NCBI GenBank assembly: GCA_964019425.1
Contig: OZ025803.1
Coordinates: 496,001-560,000, forward strand
DNA length: 64,000 nt
Direction of reading: 5' to 3'
Source of the DNA: Flectonema sp. DT1601
Lineage: Eukaryota
Every line of letters begins with the position of its first letter. Positions within the stretch are counted from its first letter, which is position 1. Positions 22,779-35,502 of this stretch are shown here, in pieces. The translations under genes and the position numbers were made by a program. The notes below the pieces were generated by a model. It ran no database searches and was not told the origin of the DNA. It saw only the letters and a program-made list of their open reading frames with translations.

Positions 22779-23126
22779 TGTGTTGATGCAAAAAGATCTA
22801 TTGGGAGATGACTAATGTAATAAGCAGCAAAAATTGATAAATTCAGGGAATCTGACCATTCTCTTGAGGTTCCTGTACGATTAAATAACAACTTAAACAT
22901 TAACTACAGAGAAATTAAATAAGGGAAAGAATAAAAAGTTTTGTTTTAAAAATATCTAAAAAAAAAAGAATTAAAAAAAAAACATCTACGATAACAGAAT
23001 ATTTTCTCTTTGCTATTTCTAAAGTTCGCAATTAAGGTGCCATTGGAATAGAGAATAAGTTCTTTTTGACAATAATAGAAGAGATGACGAGACCAAAACA
23101 GAAACATATCACATGTTTGTCTTCTT

Positions 23127-23876
23127 TTAATCAAACGCAACACGACGGGTAACACCCTCAGGAGTTTTACGCGTAGACCTCCTCACTTTCCTTGGCTGAT
23201 AGGAATTCGGAGTACTGTTTGTTGTGAGAGAGCGGAGAGGTGACTTTTGAGCTAATGGAATGCCACCTGTTGAGGAAATCGTACTAAAAATCATATTCTC
23301 TTTCTCTCTTTCTCTTTGATATTTAATGTTATTTGGTGGGCTGACATTTTCGTCGTTAGTGTTGCCGCTAACACTACGAAGGGTTCTTTTTAAATTTCTC
23401 TTTTCGTGTTTCAGTTCTTCAATTTGAATACGAAGAGCGCTGTTTTGGAGCATCGAGTCATCACGTTGGGCTTCAGTATCACGGATTATGTCGTCTTTAG
23501 CAGTCACAGCCTCAACGAGATGTTCGCGTTCAGTGTTGTTAACTTCAGCAGATTGTTCTGAAGCTACCAAAAGTCTTTTCATTCTTGCTAATTCTCTTAC
23601 AAGTCGTTTGGTTTCAGTTCCCTGTTTTCCAGATAGTTCCTTGCACAGAACTTGAATATGTTCTGCTCCTTTCTCTGTAGTCCTTCGAAGGCTTTCGTCT
23701 AGCTCTGCTATTCTTGCATCTCTTACTTTTAGTGCAGCCTTCCAGTTTTGATTTACCTTCGTCACTGTCTTCTCATGCTTTGCCATTAAATCAACTGAGG
23801 CGTCAACAAGATGTTTCATTTGTCTAACACATCCGTCAAGGATCTCATCGATTTCATTTTCATTAGTCCCAGACAT
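23127..23876 (-). CDS. coiled-coil hypothetical protein
   Basis: Probable start MSGTNENE (23876); heptad pattern and S/T/R-rich tail. Confidence 0.7.
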   Translation of the reverse strand: MSGTNENEIDEILDGCVRQMKHLVDASVDLMAKHEKTVTKVNQNWKAALKVRDARIAELDESLRRTTEKGAEHIQVLCKELSGKQGTETKRLVRELARMKRLLVASEQSAEVNNTEREHLVEAVTAKDDIIRDTEAQRDDSMLQNSALRIQIEELKHEKRNLKRTLRSVSGNTNDENVSPPNNIKYQREREKENMIFSTISSTGGIPLAQKSPLRSLTTNSTPNSYQPRKVRRSTRKTPEGVTRRVAFD

Positions 23877-26116
23877 TGTGTGTGGTTTTCCTTGACTAGA
23901 GAGATGTACATAAAGGACGCAAAGGTTAAAATATAAGGCAGAGGGAGTACAAGTTAGCACTTCACATTTATATATTTCTGTTTTTGAGGGAAATAGTAAA
24001 CAAGTGACACAACAACATTCACTAAAAAGCACTGCAGTAAAAGAGGAGCAACTTGCACTGAGGGAGGGGCGGGAGCTTCAGGGAGTACTTTCGACTGGAA
24101 AAATAACTATTCCATAAAGGTCATCCTCGAAACCTCCTCCACCCACTTTGATTGTGAAGGGGGCTTCTTCTTTGTGCTCTTGATTCGTTCTTGTTTTGTA
24201 TTCCTTTTTTATTCTTTGCGACTTTCTTATTTAAATTATTGGTTTACTGACTATCGTTCTCGGCCCGCTACCTCCACAACACATTTTATCCTTTTTTTTA
24301 TTTTTTTTATTTTTTTTCTTTCCTGTCAGGCTGTTACCGCTACGCGACGTGTTCCTCAGATTTCCCTATTTTTTTCCAACGTGTCTTACGCACCCCGCAC
24401 TACGAAACGAAATAACGGATTTTTTTTTTTTTTTTTTTTTTTTGGTTTATTGATGGTATTTTTATAAAAGGGCGGATTCTTTCATTTTCCTATGAAGGTT
24501 TTTTTTTTTTTAGTTTTTTTTTTTTTAAATTTCCTTTTTCCCATGCTTGATTTTTTTTTTATTGTGAATAGCTAAGAAGACTTGTCTCACCATCTTTATT
24601 TTTCTCCTTTTTTTTTCTTTTTCCCTTTTCACCTTACGTTCTTTTTTCTTAAAAAAAACTGTCGAAACAAAAAGAATATTCATTATAAAGAAAAAGGTAG
24701 TTGTTGTGACTCCAAGGTGTGACACAACTACTAACTCGCAGAATGAGTTGTGCAGAAGCCCTGCTGGGGGTCAGCATATCATGTCTTCCGAATACAACGG
24801 AAGTAAGCGCTTATAATTCTCGGACTCGCAAAAAAAAAAAAATAAAAATAAAAAGGACGCCTCAATGCGATTACATCCCCAATGGGGAGGCGGGTGAGAG
24901 CTCAGACTTAAAGGGGACTGTTACCTAACCCATCGAATGGGGTCCACGTATTCACAAACTATACTACAGGGGCGTCAAGCTATCGTGCTGTTCAAGGTGC
25001 GTTCCGATCTGAAACAACAATGCAAGAGGCCTATTAAAAAGATATAAGGAAAAATATATCGGAAAGAGTCTGCCGAAATGCCACGATCGTCACGGGGGAC
25101 GAGCTACACACAGTGGGGAAACAATTTAAAAAAAAAAAAAGCGGGGAACAAAAATACTCGCCACCTTTTACACTTTTTTACAACAATATCCTACGGAAAT
25201 CAAAGAGAAGGTAGATTGAACACTTTTCTTTCTTTCTTTTTTTTTTTTTTTCCTTGAAAACTTGCCCGGAAAAAGTCAAATAAAAAAATAGAAAAAAGAT
25301 CCAACTTGGGGAGGGAAAACAAAAAAAAAGAGTCAGGATAAAAGAATCATCTTTTTTTCAGTTTATTTAATTCGTGCTACTCAGGGCATGCGTAAGACTC
25401 CTTTCTTTTTAAGATTTTCAATTCCGTCGTTTTTTTTTTTTTCCTCCTTCTCCCCATTATCACAATTAAGACACATTAGAGTTGCGGGCCAGTCTTCCTA
25501 CAAACGATAGATTTCATGGTTTTACTTTTTTTTATTATAAAAAAAGAAAAAGGTTTCTTTTCCCTCCTTCCATGGGTTCCAGTTGGTGGGCTGTTGCTGT
25601 TCAAAGCAAACAAAACACCTCCGTCAAGGAGAAACAACACACACTGTTCAGAAGGTCTCTAGTGTGCAAAAAAAAAAAAAAAAAAAAAAGATTACTTTTC
25701 TTATTAACTCCAATTTTTATTCTCCGACTCAGCAAACGGGAAACCGTCAATGCTTTCTTGGAAGTTATATGTAACAAGCAACACGAAGTAAAGAGGATCT
25801 TGTGTAGTTAATCAACGTGTTGCATTTGCAGTAGATAAAGCACTGCCTTTTATTAATTGTTTTTTTTTCATGTTCGCGCGCGCAAGTGATTTCTTTATTT
25901 TTATGGCTAGGTCACAGTAAAAAGGTGCGAGCAGGGGGGAAACAACTAGGGAGGGGAGGAGGGATTTTTTTTTTTTCTTCTTATTTTTTTTTTTCATGCT
26001 TTTGTTTGTTTTTTTTTTTTTTATTTATTTTTTTTTATTCAAACAATAATAACACTTGATCGTGATCACCTGATCTTGATCTCTTCTGTTGGTTTTTAGG
26101 GTTTATGTTTCTCCCT

Positions 26117-26147
<31 letters not shown>

Positions 26148-26383
26148 CAACGAGACTCACGCACAACTAGAAACATTTGCCAGTGCAACCCTAAATAAAA
26201 CCTCTCACTGAACTCTAAATGCGTTATCGAGTCTCTGATTACTGTGATGAGCACAATATATTCAGGGACAGGGGGAACAATGATGCTTTTGGAGGGGCTC
26301 TGATTTTGGGAATCTGACTAAAAAGTGTGCTTCTTGTACACGGGATGGCAAAAAAAGTCTACTGTCAATAAGTAAGTAGGATG

Positions 26384-26414
<31 letters not shown>

Positions 26415-26834
26415 CCCCCTTTTTTCTTTTTTTCTTATTGACAATGGTTTTTTACCTCTTCTCCCTCGAGTTCATAACACTTGTTGATCCGTAACTGGGT
26501 TGTTCTTTCTTTCTCTTGTTTTTTTTTTTAAATTTAAATAAATGATACACCGATTAGCGGTTGTTGTATTTCAATTTTCATTCTTCGTAATGGGGAAACC
26601 AGGGGGGCTTTTTTTTTTTGGAAGGCGCAAAAATCTTGCCTTTATTGGGATAAGACAACGTTTTTTCTGCTTCTCTTTTTCTTAATTTTCCTGATAGGTT
26701 TCGTTTGTTTCCATTGCTGTGATAAACTCGGTTCTGTTTATGCAAGTCAACTACTAACACCAAGTAAAGGCAGTCATTCATGATAACGAAATAACAACAA
26801 ACTGACTACCTCCGAGAGATATTGAAGGCTGCAC

Positions 26835-29800
26835 TTACTTAGCTTCCTGAAGGTTCTCGCCTTCAGGACGGCAACCTCCCTCCGCCCAGGTGATTATTTT
26901 ATTAAGCTTTTCTAAGTCTGACGCAGCGGTTTCCTATTTTTTTTTTTTTTTAAAGTTTGTAAACTTCCTCAAAAGACTTGACAACCTTTCTAATAACATA
27001 CCTCAGTGTTCTGTGATGGTGGTCCCAAGTACCACTGATTTGGAGGAACTACGAAGAAGTTATCAGCTGAGATCGAACCGTGAGTGAAGTCGTTCTGTGT
27101 TGGTGTTATTGTTTACTTTTCTTCCTTGCTTGACTAGTCTAAAAACAAATTAATGAAGCTCACGCATACCGAGTGCAACTCCGTCAGCACAGTCTCAACT
27201 CCAGAACCAGCTTTGTGTGCTGCGTTGTCGACAGCCCACTGAAATCCTCTGTTGTCTGTCAAGGAACCTCCAGGAGTTGCAAAGACGACCTGTTGTTTTT
27301 GTTGTTTTCTCCCCAATCGAATTCATCCATGATTTGAGATTATAATAAGTAAAATATTAATAAACACATACCCAGACATTCTCTCCCTTCTGGTCGCATC
27401 CGAATCCAACAGGTGCGACGACCGACATTCTCCTGCGTTGAGTTTTTGTAAATAAATAAAATATTACCCCTTACAGGAAGCATTCGCACATGAGCAGTTC
27501 CACTACACTACAAACAGATTTGAGTAATTAACATACCGACTTTGCATCTCTGCGACGCAGTCAGCGAATCGAAGCATTCTGATGGAGTCAGCTGAGTGTG
27601 CTGAACCAATTGAAAGTCTGGTAGTTTGCATCGTATCCTTCTTGAAGTAAGTGTTTGATGAGTGCCATGATAGCTCACAGCTAGGAACTGGCATAACAAT
27701 GTTACCGTTCTGTTTTGTTTTGTTGTTTGTATTTTTTGAATTTCTTTATATTTTTATAGTGACAAATTTCATTAACAGGAAATAAACCAAAATAACAAAC
27801 CTCACGAGCAGGAACATCAGTAACTCTTCTCATCATAACAACGCTGTTCTTTAACTGTTTTGGGATCTCACCAAAACTGGTGATAATTCTGTTCTCGTCG
27901 AGAGTTGAGGTTCCTTTTACTTCTAACTCAGTATCGATAATAGTGCAAGTGGTGATTGACCCTCCATCAACAATTATCTTACCTCCTCTGAAGACGCAGT
28001 TCTTCACAGTCTTGCTTCCAATATTTACGTGGCAGTGTACGAATTCAATTAATGAGAACTCATTCACATCAATCTCAGAAATGTCGATTACCTGTTCTTC
28101 TTCAGCTGCGGTTAGGATGACAGACGTTCGGTTGATTTCAGTCTGATTCTTCAGAGCAGCAGTAAAGTCTTCAACAGATGATACTTGAGCAGCATTCTTC
28201 AAAGGAGGTTCCGCAAGTGGCTTTCCAACAGTCTCAGCGGCAATTCGAAGTGCGTTAAATCTTCCCGGAAGGTCAAAGCGACTTTCGCACTGAATTGGAG
28301 TGCTGTTTGGTTCTCTCATTTCATCCGCAGCCTCATCGGCATCACCCTCGGAGACCCACTCCATGTGACACTTCTCCCATGGTCCCTTTACTCTGCACAT
28401 TCCGTGTTCACATCCCTGACCTCTTCCGTAGTCGATCATAATAGTCGTCAAGTTTAGTGGAGACAACTTCTTTATCTTATCAACAAACGGAGGAAGTACT
28501 CTTTCAAGACTATTTCTATCCGAGTATGCAGTGATAAGGATGTGCTTCACTGGAAGAAGGAGGCAGACATCAAGGAGGTCAGGCTGTGGAGCATCAGCCA
28601 ACTCAATCATCAAGTTGCGAAGCTTTGTGTATTCACCAGCAATCATTGCCTGACTCGCAAGTACTGGAAGCATTGACTGAAGTGCTCCCTTCTCCTTCTC
28701 ATCTCTTGAGATCTTCAACTCTAATGAAACGATATTAGAATTCTTTAGAACAGTGTAGAAACATTCAGCCAACAGAGGTGCTGCAGCTGAAGTAATGCCG
28801 TCAAACACAATTCTCTGAACGTCCTTTGCGGCTTCGGATTGCAGGTAGCTGGCAGCTTCAGCAGCGCGAATAATTGAAAACTCGTTGCATGAGATACAAA
28901 CCTCATCAGGTTTTGGTGCCGTAGAGTTCTTGTTAGCTGCAGGAGGGAGGTAAAGAGAAGGGACTTTAACGATCATGCCAGGTACGACTACAGCGCTAAG
29001 GAGATCACGGCCTTCGTGAGTGATTTCAGGACCGCTGCGGATGTCGAGTTTGACAATTGGAGCAGCCTGAGTTGCTTCCAGTCCATTCAACAATTCGGTA
29101 AATTCCTTCGCCTCATCGAGAGTCTTAATTGACATACGAAGAGTAGAGGACTGGTTACGAGATCTTAGCTGAGCAATCAGAGTCATTATACCAGTAAATC
29201 TATCAGCACCAGTTACTTCTAATAATTCAACTAATTCAACACGTGGAGGAAGTGCTGCAGCTATAGCGGAAATGCTTCCTGACGATAGTTCACAGCGATT
29301 CAATGAAATGGTTTCAACTTCCTGCAGGTCATCAATCTGAGCCTTGAATTCTGCTGCGATTGCTAGACCCATGTCTTTTGAAGCCTGTCTGGAAACCTCC
29401 TTCTCAGATAGCGACAAGTCAACGTGTCTCACCTTTCCTCTTACAATTGATCTAATAATACGCTTTACCTTACCGCTGAGGATACCAACTGGTCTCTCGT
29501 TCAATCCGGCAGCGACACTCAGGTCGATGGCAAGGGCAGGCGCAGTACCCCAAGGTTGCTTTCTCAACCACTTCGAGTTCATCGCCCAGGTTACTGTTCC
29601 TGTCAGTTCTGCCTGCGCTTTGTCTTGAAAGGTTGGAATGGATTCCGAATGGGTGTCCTTTAGAACATCTGAAATAGCATCAGTCACCGCCTCAGTAATT
29701 AGAACAAAAGCTGACCCTGGAGGTGCCTTCTGAGTGCTCCAATAGCGAGCTGGTCTAGTGTAAGGAATCGCAGTGCTCGATAGGGTGCTCTGCGGCTGCT

Positions 29801-31025
29801 TCTTGTTCGCGTGCAGCTGCAACATTTGAGACAACGAAGGCTCTTCCTTTTGAGCAGACCTGGCACCCCACATAGATCTGCTTTCACTTTGGGCCTCCTC
29901 TTGTTGCTGCATCTGAGTTGGGTGCCAAGCCATTCCACTCAAACCTGCGAGTGGTGGTGGTCTCCCTCCTCTCATTTGCTGGTGTTGGTGTTGGTGTTGG
30001 TGGTGGTGCTGATGGTGCATTCCCATCATGCGACCTTTTCCTCCCATGTGATGGTTGTTTTGAGCCTCACCATCTGCTTCATTTCTGTAGTAGTCAACCA
30101 TCGAGTCAATAATGTGAGCAAATGCACATCCCTGACCGAAACTGCAACTACCTGTGTTGTGATGACGTTGGCACCAACCGACGTGTCCGTGGTTGCGTAA
30201 ATGCGCGTCTGCACGAGCAGTCATTCGAAGATGGGCTTTTGGTACATCAAGGGTAGTACGAGGATCTACCTGTAGTCTAACTGTTTCATCCATTCCACCC
30301 ATACCGTGATGTCCATGATGGTGGTGATGATGATGGTGTAAATGAGAATGATGATGATGATGGTGGTGATGCATTCCCATTCTATTACGCATTCCTTCGT
30401 GACCACCAAAGTTCTCCTGATTTGGATGCATCATGGACATAATTCTCATCATGTCGTGATTGAGAGATGCCTGATCCATCATTCCCCCGATGAGAGCATT
30501 TCTCATTTGAGCTCCGAGGAATGGAGGTGTCTGGCGTGCCATTGGAGGGGTTTCTGGGATGTCATCCGCCCAGGTTTCAGGAGCTCCAAAAAGACCCATT
30601 GCGATTTCCGGATGAACTCCATCAGCGTTCATAAATGGAGTGTTTGGAGCAGATCTTCTTCCAATTCTACCTGAAGAAGGAGGGCGAAGGGACATCGATT
30701 TCACTGATCCTCCGGCGAGAATTGGAGTTTGTGAAGGTGTGACGGGAAGACTTCTTGAACCCGCATCCAACATATCCAAATCATTAACAAAATATTGCAT
30801 TGGTACTACTCCAGGTGTTACTGAGTATCCCCTCTTACCTCCTCTGGCACCACCCGCACTTGCTCCCTTACTTCCCCCTCCACCAACAGCTCCAGCAAGT
30901 TCCGTGACATCTAAATGATTTGATGACTTTGGTGCTGCACCTTCCTCTCCCTCCTTCCCACGCCAGCCGGACATGACGTCTAATTTGTCACTTTTGAGAT
31001 GAGAAATAACGTTAGCGGTACTCAT
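26835..31025 (-). CDS. CCCH zinc finger + His/Gln-rich region + LRR-like + C-terminal kinase-like (pseudokinase) protein, 6 exons
   Basis: CQRHHNTGSCSFGQGCAFAH (CX8CX5CX3H); LRR-like VETISLNRCELS; introns 27710-27800, 27433-27536, 27290-27371, 27095-27169 and 26934-27001 keep the frame to TAA at 26837-26835. Confidence 0.75.
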
Positions 31026-31198
31026 AATTACTATTCAGGAAAACTAAAAGAAATCCACGTCTCCCTAATCCAGTATTGTAGTCAAAACTGTTAAAAACGG
31101 GGGGGGGAAACAAAGAAAAAGTAAAAAAAAAACACACACGCCCTTCTACGAGTACACATAAACTACTAATGAGAGATGGTATGTGAACAGCCTCAAGT

Positions 31199-34100
31199 TT
31201 ATTGGAAGCTGTTTACTAATTTTGAAAGTTCAATAGAAGCGGTGTCCGTCTCTGATGAAGATGGAGAAGTAATCCATACCAGTGTTGGATTATTTAATAT
31301 TTCCATAAGAACTTCTTTAGGAAGTGATTGAATAGTTTTAACGATAAGCATACGAGTCGATACCGTTGATGAAAACCAAACATCAATTATAAAAGTTATA
31401 AAGTCATCAAAATTGTGATTTTCAAAAGAGAAATTCACAACACGATTTTGATGAGCTGCTACTGCAATCAACATAAACACATCCGACATGAGACAATCAC
31501 AACTCTGAACAGCTTCTGAACTACTCTGCTGATACAAAAAGTAATAATGAGATACCTTCATAAGATGGTGCAGACTGATGACTGGACAAATCTTTTCATC
31601 TTGATCTACACCAATGGGGTGACTGCCTTCCAGAATCTTTAACAATACTTTCACTACAAGAGGTACCACAACTGGATTTGAATATATTTCAAAGCTCTCA
31701 TCACATATTAGTGTCGTTATCAAAGAGTACGGACAGAAACCATAATCACTCTCACCATGTGAGTGTGACGGATAATTATATCTGAGGATGCTCAACGACT
31801 GCTCTATTTCACTAAATAAAGGTCTCGACGGTGTTGACAAACAGACGTGTAGTAAAGTGACAGCTGAACGAGTTATTATTTCCAACGGAAGCACTTCATC
31901 AGACACGACAATATATGCAACCGTAATGACAGCAGCAAGTTCTACATGACATTGTTGAGAAGAAGCTTCCCAAGATAACAATACTCTACGACAGCTTTCT
32001 TGAATGTCTTGTCGATGTTCGTTTAACAACATCGGTTGAACAATGTTACCTACACAGAAAGCAACAGACTTTAAAAGTTTTACATTCGCTGATGAGTTCT
32101 CCTCATCCATTATTGAAGCCTCTATCATAGAACACAACACACCAGTTGTATCAATGTTTGGATTGTTAAAAGCAGCCTTACAACGTTCTGGAGTGGTTAG
32201 TTGTTTGATTATAAACTCCTCTGGAGGATGGTGTAAAAGAAAAAATTCAAGAATATTAAGAGAAACATTACTACCATCGTTATGCACCTCTTTAATATAT
32301 TCAAAAAGAAAATCAACTGTTTGAGGAATTACAAAATCACTGCAACATCCGCTAGCGAGGTTAAGTATTAATTTCAAACAAAGATGTCGTTGGGAGGTTG
32401 CTGAGTGGGTCATGTTCGCAGATGTTTGGTTGCTAATTACTGAGACACATTCGTTACAAAAATCACCCACCTGTCTCTTAGAGAATATCCTTACTTCTGA
32501 CCACATTACATCAAAGTGAACAGCCAAGATCTTAAACAGCATTACGTTCCCTTTGCAATTGTTAATGTGTAAAACATTTCCAACACATGGTAACACATCC
32601 TGTTGTTTATCTATGTCTGTCTCACTTGCGACATCTGACAGTTCTATTTGTAGAAGTCTATGAAGACAGTCTTTAGCAGTGCACTCTGCTATTCCTTCTG
32701 GTAGTTCATTCCATCTCAGTGATAAGTTAAGAAAGTGTTTCTTGATTACTACATGTAAACTATCACTGGCATCTAAACACAGAATGTGATTAGCAATAGA
32801 CAACAGAGTACATCTATGATGATCAGATTGAGGTGATTTCCGAACGAGAGAAGAGATTGCAACTTCTAACTGTTCATCAAACTGAACGGATTCGATTGAT
32901 GACTTTCGATACATTTCAATTATTACATCGAAAGCAGCTGCGTAAGTAACTTCTTTGTCATCATCAAAATCATCTTTTTTAGATTCATGTCGGAGATAAC
33001 TTTGTGTAATACTCTTAACTAATTCTTTATCAACAATCATATTAACAACCTCATGAAGCATACAAAAACAACCAGCAGCTGCGGTTGCTTCTACAGCAAC
33101 TCTCCTGTCAGAGTGCATTAAAAGAACATGTAGCGATGATGTTATTCGACGATGGAGAGATAGCCGGACAGATACCTTCAATAAAATGAGAGCATCAATA
33201 GCTGCTGTTAGAGAACGTGTTAAATGAATTAGATTGGTGATCACACCTTTTGAAGTAGCTGTTGAACCACTTCGTGTGTTCTGTCTTGATATTCCTTCAA
33301 GAATACCTTCCACAGCGACGGTTACTTTAGAAGTATTTGAGTATCCACTGCAATGAAAAGAATTTAATAAATTACAACTTCTAACTAAAAGTTCATCATC
33401 ATCAGAAGTTAAACATCCGACCAAGTAATCTGGTAAAGGAGTTCCCGCTAGTGCCTCAACGTAACCATTTGCTGTACAAAGCCGTTCGAGTAACACTAAT
33501 AATGCTTGTTGGATGTCAGAATCTTTTTGAAGAAGAAATCGACATATCGCTTTAGGAAGAGAGACAGCTACATAACTTCGATGGAACATGAGATCAACTT
33601 CATAGAATGGAAGGCTTTCAATAATATCAGTTGAGTTAACACAGCAGGTATTCAAGAACGCAATTACGTTCGCAGCAAGTGCAGAGCGAGGAGGAGCAAT
33701 CTGAAGCGCAGCTGTCACAACAACGAGTAATTTACATTCGGAGAGTTTTTCAAAGAAAGCTGCAACCGAACATTGCTGCACCACCTTCAAAAACACATAA
33801 ACAACACTCGCTAGCGTCTCATCATTGACAATAGCTCCCTCCGATATGTGAGGAAAAGAACCACTTTCTATAACAGTAAGAAAGTTCTCTAAGACGTCAA
33901 AGTGACACTCGACTAGAAGTTCAGCAGCCTCAGGACAAACAGAAAAAACTGAACTCAGTAACGACACGGCAGAGGAAGCCCCTAATGATGTTTTGCAATT
34001 TATATAATTTCCCCAAAAAGCCCCCAAAAAAGCAGGAGAGCAAACAGTCGTCCCGCAGACGGAAGCGAACTGGATCGCCATTTCTTCAAAATATTGCGAG

Positions 34101-34420
34101 TAGCGAGGCCTGCTCTTGTCATTATCTGTTTGAGTGCATTCACAACATCCTTTTATAATTAGATTTATTAAATCAATAAAAGATTCAGAACAACCTCCCC
34201 TGCTGGCAATCATCATTAACTCATTGCTGTCGAGTACTTGTTGTAAAGCGACACGAATTTGTTCTGATTCAACGTCAATTCTCACATTGTTATTTAATTG
34301 CATTGTTATGGCAGCACATTCTAAACAGAATCCCGATGAGATTTCCTGTTTTCTCTCATCAAGTAGAACGTGATGATTTTGATTGTGATGTTTCACAGAG
34401 AAACACTCTGGTAGGTTCAT
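31199..34420 (-). CDS. MEI1/PRD1-like ARM-repeat protein
   Basis: N-terminal H..H..LL...FCLECA and SLPKAICRFLLQKDSDIQ...LPDYLVGCLTSDDDELLVRSCNLL resemble MEI1 motifs as recalled; helical-repeat composition; about 1070 aa, intronless. Confidence 0.6.
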   Translation of the reverse strand: MNLPECFSVKHHNQNHHVLLDERKQEISSGFCLECAAITMQLNNNVRIDVESEQIRVALQQVLDSNELMMIASRGGCSESFIDLINLIIKGCCECTQTDNDKSRPRYSQYFEEMAIQFASVCGTTVCSPAFLGAFWGNYINCKTSLGASSAVSLLSSVFSVCPEAAELLVECHFDVLENFLTVIESGSFPHISEGAIVNDETLASVVYVFLKVVQQCSVAAFFEKLSECKLLVVVTAALQIAPPRSALAANVIAFLNTCCVNSTDIIESLPFYEVDLMFHRSYVAVSLPKAICRFLLQKDSDIQQALLVLLERLCTANGYVEALAGTPLPDYLVGCLTSDDDELLVRSCNLLNSFHCSGYSNTSKVTVAVEGILEGISRQNTRSGSTATSKGVITNLIHLTRSLTAAIDALILLKVSVRLSLHRRITSSLHVLLMHSDRRVAVEATAAAGCFCMLHEVVNMIVDKELVKSITQSYLRHESKKDDFDDDKEVTYAAAFDVIIEMYRKSSIESVQFDEQLEVAISSLVRKSPQSDHHRCTLLSIANHILCLDASDSLHVVIKKHFLNLSLRWNELPEGIAECTAKDCLHRLLQIELSDVASETDIDKQQDVLPCVGNVLHINNCKGNVMLFKILAVHFDVMWSEVRIFSKRQVGDFCNECVSVISNQTSANMTHSATSQRHLCLKLILNLASGCCSDFVIPQTVDFLFEYIKEVHNDGSNVSLNILEFFLLHHPPEEFIIKQLTTPERCKAAFNNPNIDTTGVLCSMIEASIMDEENSSANVKLLKSVAFCVGNIVQPMLLNEHRQDIQESCRRVLLSWEASSQQCHVELAAVITVAYIVVSDEVLPLEIITRSAVTLLHVCLSTPSRPLFSEIEQSLSILRYNYPSHSHGESDYGFCPYSLITTLICDESFEIYSNPVVVPLVVKVLLKILEGSHPIGVDQDEKICPVISLHHLMKVSHYYFLYQQSSSEAVQSCDCLMSDVFMLIAVAAHQNRVVNFSFENHNFDDFITFIIDVWFSSTVSTRMLIVKTIQSLPKEVLMEILNNPTLVWITSPSSSETDTASIELSKLVNSFQ

Positions 34421-35502
34421 ATAAAAACAAACTGTCAAAAAGGAATAACTTTTTAATGCAATCTCAATGAAAGCTACTTCATTTGTGTGGTGTGTGTGTG
34501 TGACCTGTTTTTTTAATAAAAAAAAAAAAAAACTAACTTTTTCTCAAAACAAGATCACAATCATAAAAAAAAAAGGTTATTGTCTATGTGAGAATATAAT
34601 TACCATTCTTTTACTACTAATTTTTTTTTTTTTTTTTTTAAAACAAAAAAAGCAAAAAAAAAAAAAAAAAAAAAAACAAGAGATAAAAGAAAAAAAAAAA
34701 AAATGAATGGGGGAAGGAAACATGAATTAACTTTAACAAAGGGGAGGAGGTTGGGGACAACTTTCTAGGGGTGGAAATGGGTCTATAGGACGACTTACAA
34801 CATTTATTTTTCTTTATTAAATTAACTTCTTCAACAAAAAAAAAAAAAAAATCATCGTGTTAGGCAAGAGATTGTATTGATTTAATTCGTTGTAACACAT
34901 AGAGCAAGAAAAAAAGGGGAAAATCAGCTTGAAAAAAAAATACTTTATAAGGCTACGTAACTATAGATTCGACATAACTCAACCGAAAAAAGTAACGAAG
35001 CCTGCAATATCGCTGCCCTCTTCCCTTACTCCCAAAGTGAAGACTCTACGAAATCAGCTTGATGACAAAGATGAAATATAAAAAATTATTTATATTTATA
35101 TTCGCTGTACAAACTGCCGTTTGCACAGCTCGTAAAGAAAAACTAAAAAAAAAAAAAAAAAAAGTAAAAATAACTCTTCTGTTTTATGCCAGAGGGAACT
35201 AACATATAAACGTAAAAGGGGAAATAATCTAAGGAGAACAGTCATCTGTTTATTTTTATTTTTTTTAAACCCATTGTATCAAACAATTCATTCTTGAAAT
35301 GAATATATAAAATAAAATATCAAAAAACAAACCTAACGAAGACATAAGAAGTGATCAGCTATTTCAGGCTCTACCAGATTATAAAAACCTAACAGCTTGT
35401 CAATAGATGGCTGAGGTAGAGACGATCTTAATTCAGCCAGAGTAACGAACTCTAGATGACGGCTGTTTTTTTTTTTTTTTTTAAAATTTTTTTTTATTGA
35501 CA

